A stretch of 64,000 bases of DNA, taken from assembly GCF_039654945.1 (NCBI RefSeq), contig NW_027361677.1, positions 24,118,001-24,182,000 on the forward strand, read 5' to 3'. The position numbers and the translations under genes are program-made. The stretch comes from Dendrobates tinctorius. Its lineage: Eukaryota. A model generated the notes under the pieces. The model ran no database searches. It was not told where the DNA came from and saw only the letters and a list, made by a program, of their open reading frames with translations. Below are positions 26,147 to 38,406 of the stretch, piece after piece; the stretch's first letter is position 1, and each line of letters begins with the position of its first letter.

Positions 26147-27884
26147 ACATGTTCTCTCCGCTGTACGCCACGTACAAAAAGCCGTCCTCGTCTTTTTCTT
26201 TCTCGTACAGCTGTCCCATGGTTAGACTGAAGGGGGAAAAAGACAGGAAAACAATTACTGAGCCGCACTGCCGTTCCACCGGATCAAACTTTGGCTTTGT
26301 CATGTGATTAGACATTGATGAGACTGACTGCCACAGCTTGGTAAAATATCTAGAAATCTGCTAAATTCCTCTTTAAAGGGATATTCCGGGTTCAGGACAA
26401 GTAACAATTGCTAGATTGCTGGAGTCTGACCAATAACCAGAATGAGGGTCCAGAACTTGGAATGAAGCGGTAGCACGCACGCCCGACATCCGCGCTATTT
26501 CAGTGCAGGACGTGCGGCCATCAGTCTAAGAGCTTCCACCAAGCTAGCCGTTATCACCCTGCAATACCCCCACAGAAATATGGAGGAGTCGGCAAAGGAT
26601 TAGCATTCAGCCCCCCGCTATCGATACCCACAATTTGTGAACCAGATACTTTCTCCACGATGACCTGGGAAGTGCACGAGTAGGACAAATATATTTATTG
26701 GGAACATTTCCAGAAGGAATGACAGCGTCAGCACAAGTGAGGGGCCACTTTGGTGGCCATCTATTCTGTTATTTCTAAGCACTGTTTTTCGGTGATTCCT
26801 TTGTATCTCCGTTCACACTGCACCCACACACACAAATGATACACCATTTGAAAGGTTAACTTGCCCCCTTCAGCAAGAAAATAGCCAAACAAGCCACACA
26901 TCCTCGATTTGATCACAAAATACAGTTTAAACATTAATTTTCATAAACCTGCAGTAAGGAAAATGACCTGCAGGTGGCACCACAGTACACCAAAGCACAC
27001 TACCAACACATTTGTATACATGCACTGCTTTTTCGCTGATTACTTCACCCCACACACACACGATACACCATTTGAAAGGTCATCTTGCCCCCTTCAGCAA
27101 GAAAACAATCCACACATTCACGATTTTTTCACTAAAATACAGTTTAAACATTAATTTTCACAAGCCTGCAGAAAGACACAATGACCTGCAGGTGGCACCT
27201 CAACCGGAAAATATTTTTTGGCCTCTACTTATCAAGCCAATTTATTGTATTACCAGTCTCCATATAGAAATACCTGTCTGGGTTCATCAGCTCATGAAAT
27301 ACATTTACATTTGACCAGCTTGCTTTTTCTGAAATTGCCTGCGCCCCCGATGACCAATGTGCAAAAATTTTGCATGGGCCAAGCTAGTATTTATTACATG
27401 AATGTGAGTCGAACCTAACGATTTGGGGGGACCTCTGTATGTAAATTTTGCTTTATCTAAATGGGTGTGGTCATAAAAAGCTAACTACGGAGAATATTGA
27501 TGAACACACCCTCTTGGCTAACAAGGTTAGATTTATATATAAAGAAACTGGGCGCACCGGATTCAGGAGCAGAAAGTCACAGAAACAAAAGCAAAACAGC
27601 ACCAGATAAAGGAGAACAAAAAGATTTACACCAGGTAGCAATAATACGGATTACTGACAAGTGACGAGTCTCCTTTAAGACTATGGGATAATGGAATCTC
27701 ATAAACAGGTTCTGGTACTCGGAGATAAGAGGGGAATTATTGCTTGTAGCAGATGCAATCTATATACAGCTCTAATAGATCGAGTGCTGAATAATGGATG
27801 AGCCCTCGCAGGAAACACCACAACTTACCGGAACACGGTCAGGATATTTGGCTCGGATTTTCGCCAACTCCACGCACCTGTGCT
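26147..27884 (-). pseudogene. GABARAPL2: Unprocessed partial GABARAPL2 pseudogene
   Basis: Exon 2 (27829-27884) is intact apart from S->L. Only ~44 nt of exon 3 survive (26621-26664) because a ~500 bp deletion removes the rest and the donor. Exon 4 (26147-26226) has lost TFGF*. There is no exon 1. Confidence 0.9.
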
Positions 27885-28539
27885 CTGAAAAAAATAAATT
27901 AGGAATTAAGGAAGATTCAGGAAAGAGTCCACGTAATAACCAGGAGATGACGGAGGAGTCACCCGTCAAGTGAGCCGCACGGCAGGAATGTGGGGCGACT
28001 GCCGACAAGACTCTTTATGAATGAGACATGGCGGGTTATTCATGTGATGGCACAGGTGTGTGCCCCCGACGTACCTGGCACGAGGCGCCTGCTTCCCTGG
28101 GCCGGATAGTAACAAGGAGCAGCTTGTCAGAAACAAAACAAACAGATATAGGGGGAAATGAAACATCCAATTCATGACCAATAAGAAAGGGGGCACCACA
28201 CAAGATTTTTTTTTTATCCAAGCCAGAAGCCCCCCACATTTGACCCAGGAAACAAATAAATAAACAAAAGACGGGCTTCTCTCGCGTCATACTTTTTTCG
28301 ATTATCTAAGCTGTCAAAGAAAAATTTGGGACAATAAGCCGAGGGTGCACATCAGGCGAGCATTGACCGATCCCGTCGATCTCAGTCGGGGCAGACGACC
28401 CTCCTCCTGAGAGTATGTGTGTAAGAGAGGTGGGGTGTGAAGTGTATGTCCCCACCTATCTGACGTACAGTGGGAGAGGGGTGAAGCCGTCCACAGTATC
28501 AATCAGAGACATCTGTAGGGGAGAATTGTCAGTTTCCTA

Positions 28540-29050
28540 CCTGGATTCTTGCCATCTCTGATACTGAACTGATGTCGCTCATAAGACTCCCCCCATAAGA
28601 CCCCCATATAAGATATCCCCATAAGATCCCCCCACATTAGACCCCCCAAGACCCCTCCCATATAAAACCCTCCATATAAGACCCCCCTGGATTCTCACCA
28701 TCTCTGGTACTGAACTGATAATGTCGCTCATAAGACCCCCATATAAGACCTCCCCATATAAGATATCCCCATAAGATCCCCCCACATTAGACCCCCCCCC
28801 AAGACCCCTCCTATATAAAACCCTCCATATAAGACCCCCCTGGATTCTCACCATCTCTGGTACTGAACTGATAATGTCGCTCATAAGACCCCCATATAAG
28901 ACCTCCCCATATAAGATATCCCCATAAGATCCCCCCACATTAGACCCCCCCCAAGACCCCTCTCATATAAAACCCTCCATATAAGACCCCCCTGGATTCT
29001 CACCATCTCTGGTACTGAACTGATAATGTTGCTCATAAGACCCCCACATA
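28540..29050. repeat. ~154-bp C-rich tandem repeat (CCATCTCTGGTACTGAACTGATAATGTCGCTCATAAGACCCC...); related array at 35700-36210
   Basis: 3-4 direct copies. Confidence 0.85.
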
Positions 29051-29053
29051 TAA

Positions 29054-29498
29054 GGCTGGTTTGACACTAGCGATTTTTAGCGCAGGGCATCGTGCGCGTC
29101 CATGCGCATGCGCCATGCTCCCCTATGTTTAACATGGGGGCGCATGGTCTACGTTTGCACGCGTTTGTATGCATTTCCGTGCGCATACGTTTTTTTGTAG
29201 TGTGCGCCCAGGCACGCCGGATGCAACCTGTTGCATTTTTGGTCCGTCCAACCTGTGTCAAAAAAACGCATGCGTGCAGAATGCGCCAAAAATCACATTA
29301 CAGTCTATGGGAACGCAGGCATGCGCATGGACATGCGCACGCCTGCGTTTAAAATCGCATGCGTTTTAAGAGTTAACATGGCTACAAACTGGTTAAAACG
29401 CATGCGCCTAAAAAAAGCAAAACGCATGATGCGTTTTTTGCATGCGTTTCTATTGCGCACGAAGCGCTGCGCTAAAAAACGCTACTGTGAAACTAGCC
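29054..29498. mobile_element. Harbinger-type MITE related to 182-679
   Basis: TAA-GGCTGGTTTGACAC...GTGAAACTAGCC-TAA. Confidence 0.8.
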
Positions 29499-30842
29499 TA
29501 AGACCTCCCTTATAAGACCCAACCATATAAGTATACGGCCCCCCATAAGACCTCCCCATATAAAACCCCCCCACCTCACTTTAGAAATTGAAATCAATGA
29601 ACAGATTGGTTAGATGTGTTGGGCGGCTATGTCTATTATTCCTGATCTTCCCATAGATGCCGGATGTCATATAGATGACTTACCCAGAGGTGATCACTCG
29701 GGCACCATGATGGCCCAGTGGTTAGCACTGCTACTGTCCAATGCTGGTGTCCTGGGCTCTACTCTGAGGACAATGGGATTCCTCCTCTCAGGTGTATTTT
29801 ATAAATTATAATCAGTGATTGTAATGGGACCTGCTCTAGTTTTTTCTGACCTTCCCATAAATGCTGAGAGTCCTGTTGATGATCTGGCCAGAAATAAACT
29901 CCTAAGCAGCACAGTGGCTCAGTGGTTACCTCCATTACCATCCTACACTTGGTTCCTTAGTTCAATTCTGACTGAGGTCATTGAGATTTCTCCTCTCAGA
30001 CACATCTTAGAAAATGAAATCAGAGGCCTCAAATGGAACCTGCTCCTCCTATTCATGACCTGTTGGTGGGCACTGATAGGTATATTGATGACCTAGTCAT
30101 TGAGAAATGCTGTGGTTAGCTCAATTACTTTTTAATGTTTGTGTCCTTAGTTCTACTCTGACTGAGCTTGGAGCCATTCCTCCTCACAAATGGACCTGCT
30201 CTAGTTTTTCCTGATCCTCCCATAGGTGCTGGTGGTAATATCAATGACTTAGCCAAAGTGGAAAGTGCTGGTGCTTTACAGCATGGGAGTCCAGGGTTCA
30301 AATCCCGCTATGGATTACATCTGCAAGGAGTTTGTGTGTTCTCCCTGTGCTCAGGTGGTCTGCCACCCATGCTCCAAAGACATACAGGTAGGGGCCAGAG
30401 ATGGTGTTATCATGGAGGTAAGCAAGTGCTATCACGTGGTTCTGAGGGAAGATATGGTAAGGTTGAAGATAAATTTTACTAAGTCGAAAAAGAGTCTTCA
30501 CAGCTCAGTTGTACTTAGCTGCCCACATAACAGCCAATGACTTGTATCTGGACATTCATCCATGGTGGGATTTGAACCCTGGACTCCCATGCTGCAGAGC
30601 ATCAGTGCTTTCCACTGGGCCACCGTGCTGTCTGAGTATTAACTTGAACTAAGGAGCCACTGAGCTCAGTGGTTCGCTCAATTACCTTTCAATGCTTGGG
30701 TCCTTCAATTCTGACTGAAGTCGGAGTAATTCTACTTCTCAGTTGTACTCTAGAAACTATAAATGGACCTGCTCTAGTTTTTCCTGATTTCCCATTGGTG
30801 CTGGTAGTAATATCAATTACTTTGCTGAAGATTATCTTCTGA

Positions 30843-30960
30843 GCAGCACGGTGGCCCAGTGGAAAGTGCTGGTGCTTTGCAGTGTGGGAGTCCAGGGTTC
30901 AAATCCTACCATGGATGACATCTGCAAGGAGTTTGTATGTTCTCCCTGTGCTCAGGTGGT
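30843..30960 (+). mobile_element. tRNA-derived SINE 5' portion (V-SINE-like)
   Basis: GCACGGTGGCCCAGTGG...GGGTTCAAATCC...GGAGTTTGTATGTTCTCCCTGTG. Confidence 0.75.
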
Positions 30961-33365
30961 CTGCCACCCATGCTCTAAAGACATACAGGTAGGGGCTAAA
31001 GATGGTGTTACCTGTGCAGCATCCAGGAGGGCTGCTTGCCCCCTTCATTGGGCAAGTAGTCCCAGTATTTATTGGATGAATGTACTCATACAAGTGATTG
31101 GCTTGTATATAGACAGCTCAGTTGCTTGAGCTGTTGTCTTTTTGGACTTAAAATACATTTAGTGACTGTAAGTCCAAAAAGACAGCAGCTCAGTTGCAAG
31201 CAACTGAGCTGTCTATATACAAGCCAATCACTTGTATGAGCACACTCATCCAATAAGTACTGAGGCTACTTGCCCAAAGAAGGGGGCAAGCAGCCCTCCT
31301 GGATGCTGCACAGGTAACACCATTATTAGCCCCTACCTGTACGTCTTTGGAGCATGGGTGGTAGACCACCTGAGCACAGGGAGAACATACAAACTCCTTG
31401 CAGATGTCATCCATGGTGGGATTTGAACCCTGGACTCCCACACTGCAAAGCACCAGTGCTTTCCTACTGGGCTACTGTGCTGCTTGGAAAATAACCTTTG
31501 GCAAAGTCATTGATATTACTACCAGCACCAATGGGAAGATCAGGAAAAACTAGAGCAGGTCCATTTGCAATCTCTAAAGTACAACTGAGAGGTAGAATTA
31601 CTCAGACATCAGTCAAAATTGAACTCTGAAGCATTGGGATTTGAACCCTGGACTACCATGTATCAAAGCACCAGTGCGTTCCACTGAGCCACCGTGCTGC
31701 TCAGAACATGTCCTTTGCTAAAGTCATTGATATTACTACCAGCACCTATGAGAAGATCAGGAAAAACTAGAGCATGGCCAATTACAATTTCTGAAGTACA
31801 ACTGAAAGGTAGAATTACTCAGAATGGAACCAAGGACCCTGGGCACTGATAGACATATTGATGACACAGCCATCATGTAATGCTATGGTGGCTCAGTGGT
31901 TAGTTCCCTTAACTTTCAGTGCTTGGGTCCTTAATTCTACTCTGACTGAGGTTGGAGTAATTCTTCCTCACAAATGGACCTGCTCTAGTTTTTCCTGATC
32001 TTCCCATTGGTGCTGGTAGTAATATCAATGACTTTGCCAAAGGTTATCTTCCGAGCAGCACGGTGGCCCAGTGGAAAGCGCTGGTGCTTTGCAGTGTGAG
32101 AGTCCAGGGTTCAAATCCCACCATGGATGACATCTGCAAGGTATTGGTATGTTGCCTGATTGAGCTGCCATCCTCATGCCAAAGATATCTAGTGTTTGTG
32201 TTACTTGTGTAGCATCCAGGAGGGCTGCTTGCCTGTCCCCTTCATTGGGCAAGAATCCTGAGTGGTGTCTGTCTGTATTGGATGAATGTCCAGATACAAG
32301 AAATTGGATGAGCTGTGTAAAGTAGTTTTTGGACTTGGTAAAATTTTGGCCCCGCCTCATATCCATAGATGTAAATGTTCTTTTGACCCTCAGAAACACA
32401 GGTAACACCATCACTGGAACCTACCTGTATGTCTTTGGAGCATGGGTGGCAGACCACTGAGCACATACAAACTCCTTGCAGACGTCATCCATGGTGGGAT
32501 TTGAACCCTGGACTCCCATGCTGCAAAGCACCAGTACTTTCCACTGGGCCACCATGCTGCTTGGAAGACAATGTTTGGCGAAGTCATTGATATTACTACC
32601 AGCACCCATGGGAAGATCAGGAAAAACTAGAGCAGGTCCATTTGCAATTTCTAAAGTACGATTGAGAGGTAGAATTACACCGACCTCAGTCAGAATTGAA
32701 CTAAGGACCCAAGCACTGAAAGGTAAGGGAGCGAACCACTGAGCCACCTGATGGCTAGGTCATCAATATGCTTATCAGTGCCCACCAAGAGGTCAGGAGA
32801 AGGAAGAGCAGGTTCCATTTGAGGCCTCTGACTTCATTTTCTAAGATGTGTCTGAGAGGAGAAATCTCATTGACCTCAGAACCCAACTGTAGGATGGCAA
32901 TGGAGGTAACCACTGAGCCTCTGTGCTGCCTGAGAGTTTATTTCTGCCCAGATCATCAATAGGACTCTCAGCATTTATGGGAAGGTCAGAAAAAACTAGA
33001 GCAGGTCCCATTACAATCACTGATTATAATTTATAAAATATACCTGAGAGGAGGAATCTCATCGTCATCAGTCAGAGTTGAATCAAGGACACCAGCATTG
33101 GACAGCAGCAGTGCTAACCACTGGGCCATCATGCTGCCTGAGTGATAACCTCTGGGTAAGTCATGAATATGACTCCCGGCACCTATGGGAAGATCAGGAA
33201 TAATAGACATAGCCGCCAAACACATCTAACCAATCTGTTCATTGATTTCAATTTCTAAAGTGAGGAGTTGTAGGCCATGTCCTGGACACGTCTGTGTGTG
33301 GTGACTCTTGAAGCAATGTCTCCAGCAGCAGTCCTCTTGTATCTATCATCTATATATTTATCTAT

Positions 33366-33524
33366 CTATACAAAAAACCTGACCAGCCCCTCCCAAGTGT
33401 GAATAGGTGCCAGCTGTAGTGACTGCACGCGTCTCTCCTGCTGCTGGGCTTTTTATACATATTTTGCAGTCACTACAACTGGCACCTATTCACACTTGGG
33501 AGGTGCTGGTCAGGTTTTTGTATA
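33366..33524. mobile_element. Short inverted repeat, Penelope pseudo-LTR-like
   Basis: 33366-33427 is the reverse complement of 33465-33524. Confidence 0.5.
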
Positions 33525-36500
33525 GCTGATTTGGAGGGGGTGACTCCCTCTGCTCTGACACTGCGCTCCTCCAACTGACCTGCAGGAGTTCTCAACCAAT
33601 TCTACTTGCCCATTCAAATTGTAGGGTTGCAGCCCGGGAGAGACATATTTGTCCATTATTGTAGACTTTTAGCCTGAAAGTGTCATGTGCACATTCAGTG
33701 TCATGGAAGGGTGATGAGAGGACCCATCAGGGAAGTGTCACCTTGCCGTGGGTGATGGTGTTACTGAGGGTTGGAAAAACATTTGCATCTATGGACATGA
33801 GGGGGGGGCTGAAATTTTACTAAGTCCAAAAACTACTTTTCACAGCTCAGTTGCAACTGATCTGCATATATAAGAGTCAATTTCTTGCATCACAACATTC
33901 ATCCAATAAGGACGGACACCACTCAGGATACTTGCCCAATGAAGGGACAAGCAGCCCTCCTGGATGCTGCACAGGTAACACCATCATTATATGTCTTTGG
34001 AGGATGGATGGCAGCTCAGTCAGAAGATACAAGCACCTTGCAGATGTCATCCATGGTGGGATTAGAGCCCCGGACTCAAACACTACAAAGCACCAGCGCT
34101 TTCCACTGGGATACTGTGCTGCTCAGAAGATAAACTTTGGCAAAGTCATTGATATTACTACCAGCATCAATGGGAAGATCGGTAAAAACTAGAGCAGGTC
34201 ATTTGTGAGGAAGAATTGCTCCAACCTCAGTCAGAATTGAACTAAGGACCCAAGTGTTGAAAAGTAATTGAGCTAACCACTGAGCCACCACGGCATCATC
34301 TGATAGCTAAGTCATCAGTATACCTATCAGTACCCGCCGACAGATCATGGAAAACTAGAGCAGGTCCATTTGCAATTTCTAAAGTACAACTGAGAGGTAG
34401 AATCACTCCAACCTCAGTCAGAACTGAACTAAGAACCCAAGCACTGAAAGGTCCTAACACTAACCACTGAGCCACCACAGCATTACCCAATGGATAGGTC
34501 ATCGATAGGTCATCAATATGTCTATCAGTGCCCACAGACAGGTCATGAGAAGGAAGAGCAGGCTCCCTTGTGGTCGCTGATTTCATTTTCTGAGATGAGT
34601 CTGAGAGGAGGAATCTCATTGTTCTTGGTCAGAGCTGAACCAATGAAAACAGCAACAAGAAAAAGAAAGCCCCAGTGTTCCCATGCTGCCCCATGGGTGC
34701 AACCCACCAGCAACAGCAGGCTGTGCACCGAGCTATGAGATGGGAGCAAAAGGCTTGTAGTATCCGTGTTCTCAGACAGGAGACCGGCGAGGGCGGCCGT
34801 TCACTGTGGGACATCTCTGACACATCCACGTACTAGAAAACATCACGTAGTAATCTCCATGACACGGTCTCCAGAGCTCGGTGCACAAGTGTCCTAGATC
34901 CATCCCATTCTTGAATGGAGCAGAGGTGCGCGGGCTTATCCTCCACTGCATTCATTGTCTATGGGACTGTCTGGAAATAACAGAGCTCTGCGTTCTCAGA
35001 CAGTCCTATAACCAATGAATGGAACAGAGTGTGAGCAGCTCCACTTCCAAAGACATACTGATCCAATAAACTTTATACCAGGCTATTTGCGCTCCCATAG
35101 GTGTAGGATCCAAGGTTTCTTATTATCCAAAAAAGGTTTTTTATTATTTCTCAAGAAAAAGCATATCCTGGATTTAGATAGAACATAAAATATATTTATT
35201 GGAATACAACTTTAGAACAAAAACCTTTTACATACTTACAATTTATTATACACTGTGCAGTAAGTGGGAAAAACAGTTTTCAACAAAAAGGTCCTGAACT
35301 CCCATGCTGCACAGCGCCAGTGCTTTCCACTGAGCCACCGTGCTGCTCGGAAGATGGGTCTATGAATTTGTTCTGAGACATAGTATCGCCTCCATCAGAT
35401 CCTCCTCCTTACAGCTCGGGATCTTAGCATCTCGCCTGCCAGCTTGTAAAGTGACAGCAGAGTGTGCTCCGGCTACACACAGTGTGAACAGCGAGCGGGA
35501 ACGTCCTGGGGCTCGTTTTATTTTTGTAGACAATGTATTATTGACAATATAACACTATTGTTGGAGACACAGACTCCTGCCCCAATAAACAGTAGAACAT
35601 AGTAGCTGTAATATATGCAATAATAAACATTATCCCCACAGGTTGGCATTGTAGGTTTCCATTGCTCGGGTTACTGGCTCTAATCTAACCAAGGACAATC
35701 ATTTTCCACCTCCCATATAGGACCCCTCCATAAGACCCACCCCACATAAGACCCCTCCCATATAAGACGCCCCATATAAGACTCCAAAGACTCCCCCATA
35801 TAAGACTCCAAAGACTCCCCCATATAAGATATCCCCACGAGACCCCTCCAATATAAACCCCCCCGGATTCTCACCATCTCTGGTACTTAACTGATAATGT
35901 GGCTCATAAGACGCCCCCCATAAGACCTCCCCATATAAGATGCCAAAGACACCCCCATGTAAGATCCCCCATAAGACCCTCCCATATAAGACCCCCCACA
36001 TAAGACAGCCCCATATAAAATCCCCCCACATAAGACTGCCCCATGTAAGACCCCAAAGACACCCCATATAAGACCCCTCCCCATTAAGACCTCCCACCCC
36101 ACCATAAGACCCCCATAACACCCACCTCCATGAGCCCCCCCAATAAGACCCCCACAAGACCCCACCCCCAATAAGACCCTCCCACAAGAGCCCACCCCAT
36201 GAGACCCCCCATAATTAATTTTGCAATTAGGTTTCATTCAAAATTTTGCACCGTTTGCCTTTAGCCATGGTAATGTGCAGTATATTGAATGAGTCAACTG
36301 AGAGTCCATCAGTGAGCTTATTCAGATGGCACAAGCTCCGCTCAGCTGATTTATAACCACAGACCTCCTCAAAGTTGAATGTTGCGAGAAAATTAAGAAC
36401 CTGTAAAAGCCAAAAGGGTGCAAATTATTTTTTTTTAACTTACCGTAAATAAAGTGAAATGTTTCATTACATTTTGTGCTTTGACTCCTTGCGTCATGAG

Positions 36501-36789
36501 GATGCGCAGTTTTGGACACCCCCAGTTTCATAATCGTATAATTAGTTTTCACATTTTTGTCATTTTTTTTTGTCACCAAATTTGGGAGGGTGCGTGATAC
36601 TCGCCCAACAATCCATGGACAGCGAGTACCGTGCTCACACCCGAGACGACTATGTTTACAGCACGCCTGTGAAATAATGGCTTGTTGGGCAATTCCCACC
36701 CTGGATCTACCCAACAGGGGCTGCGTTTAGGGATTGGAGGGGTTTTATTTTTAAAAAATATTTTTCTCCCTTTCTTCCATTGTTTTTGA

Positions 36790-38118
36790 TATATTTCTAG
36801 CAATATGGCCATGTGAGATCGTGTTTTTTCCAGGACAAGTTGTACTTTTGAACACCACCATTCATTTTACCATATAATGTACTGGAAAAGTGCAAGTGAA
36901 ATTGGGATAAAAAAAAAAGTGCAATTTCAGAATTGTTTTTTCTTTTCAAACCATGTTCACTAAATGCACCGCGGCCCATGTTTGTTTTTGTGTTTCTGTT
37001 TTTCGCTCCCCTTCTTCCCAGAGCCATAACCTTGTATTTTTCCGTCAATATGGCCATGTGAGGGCTTGTTTTTGGCCGGACGAGTTGTACTTTAGGAATG
37101 ACACCACTGGTTTTACCATATGGTGTACTCAAAAACGGGAAAAAAAAATTCCAAAGTGCGGTGAAATTGCCAAAAAAGTGCAATCCTACTTTTTTTTTTT
37201 CACCATAGTCACTAAATGCTGAAACTGACCTGCCATTACGATTCTCCAGGTCATTGCGAGTTCACAGACACCAAACAGGTCTAGGCTCTTTTTTAATTGG
37301 TGAAAAAAAAAAAATCCCCCCCCCCCCAAAAAAAAAAAAAAAAATTTGTGCCATTTTCCGAAACCTGTAGCGTCTCCATTTTTCGTGATCTCGGGTTGGG
37401 TGAGGGCTTAGTTTTCATGACAACATTTTTGTGCAGACACGATCTTTTGTTCACATTTTAACGCAATGTCGAAACGACCAAAAAAACAATTCTGGAGTTT
37501 TTACTTTTTTTTCTCGCTACGCTGTTCAGCGATCAGGATTTTTATTGATAGATCGGTCGATTCTGAACCCGGCAATACCAAATATGTTTATGTTTGATTT
37601 TTTTTTTATTGCTTTATTTTGAATGGGGCAAAAGGGGAGTGATTTGAACTTTTGTATTTTTTTTTTTTTTTTTACTTTTGTCATGATTCAACAGTCTCCA
37701 TAGGAGACTAGAAACTGGTATAACCGGATCGGCTCTGCTAGATAGAGGCGATGAGCAGATCGCCTCTATATATCAGAATTAGTGACTTGCTATGAGCATC
37801 GACCACTGGGTGGTGCTCACAGCAATCCAGCATTGACTACCATAGACGTCTCCAGGAGACCTCCGGTTGTCATGCCAACACACCCGTGACCCGCGATCAC
37901 ATGACAGGGGATTTCCGGCCCGATTGCCGGAAGCGCTTGTTAAATGCTGCTTTTTTGACAGCGGCATTTAATTAGTTAATAGCCGCGGGTGGATCACGAT
38001 TCCTCCCACGGCTATTGTCAGCCATGTCCCGGAAAAGATATGGACTCACCGCTGGAGCCCACACCAAAGGGGGAGATGCGACATGCACAGTACTAGTACA
38101 GCGCACGTCGCAAAGGGG
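36790..38118. mobile_element. Non-autonomous piggyBac-like DNA transposon fragment
   Basis: Ends AAAGGGG-TTAG and shares sequence with 23125-23500 and (inverted) 39200-39700. Confidence 0.5.
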
Positions 38119-38406
38119 TTAGACTGACCTGGCAATATTATACCCCACGTTAGCAAATTGCGCAGATACCAAACATGTATAGGTTCTTTTTTAGTTTAGT
38201 GGCAAAAAAAAAAAATAAATAAATCCAAAATTTAAAAGAGTTTGCTTTTGCCGCCATTTTTTCGGGATCTGGGGCTGGGTGAGGGCTTACGAAACACAGC
38301 AATACCAAATGTGTATTTTTTATTTATTTTTTTAATGATTCTATTTTCAATTGGGCAAAATGATGGCGATTTGAACTTATTTTTTTTTCACTTTTTTTTT
38401 TTTTAT

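Larger units (their letters stand above)
23164..28496. repeat. Segmental duplication copy A (ADAT1 last exon/3'UTR plus GABARAPL2 exons 2-4 remnant)
   Basis: Collinear high identity with 41395-48551. For example, 27781-27890 matches 47881-47990. Confidence 0.95.
29574..34630. repeat. Foldback array of composite units containing tRNA-derived (V-SINE-like) heads
   Basis: Outer inverted arms ~29574-30100 / 32750-33265 and inner arms ~30700-31150 / 31169-31625. Recurring A-box TGGCYCAGTGG, B-box GGTTCAAATCC and GGAGTTTGTATGTTCTCCC core. Confidence 0.8.

Noticed and set aside
30843-30915. Possible tRNA genes
   Set aside because: A/B boxes are present, but I see no acceptor stem or CCA-compatible cloverleaf, and a SINE core follows.
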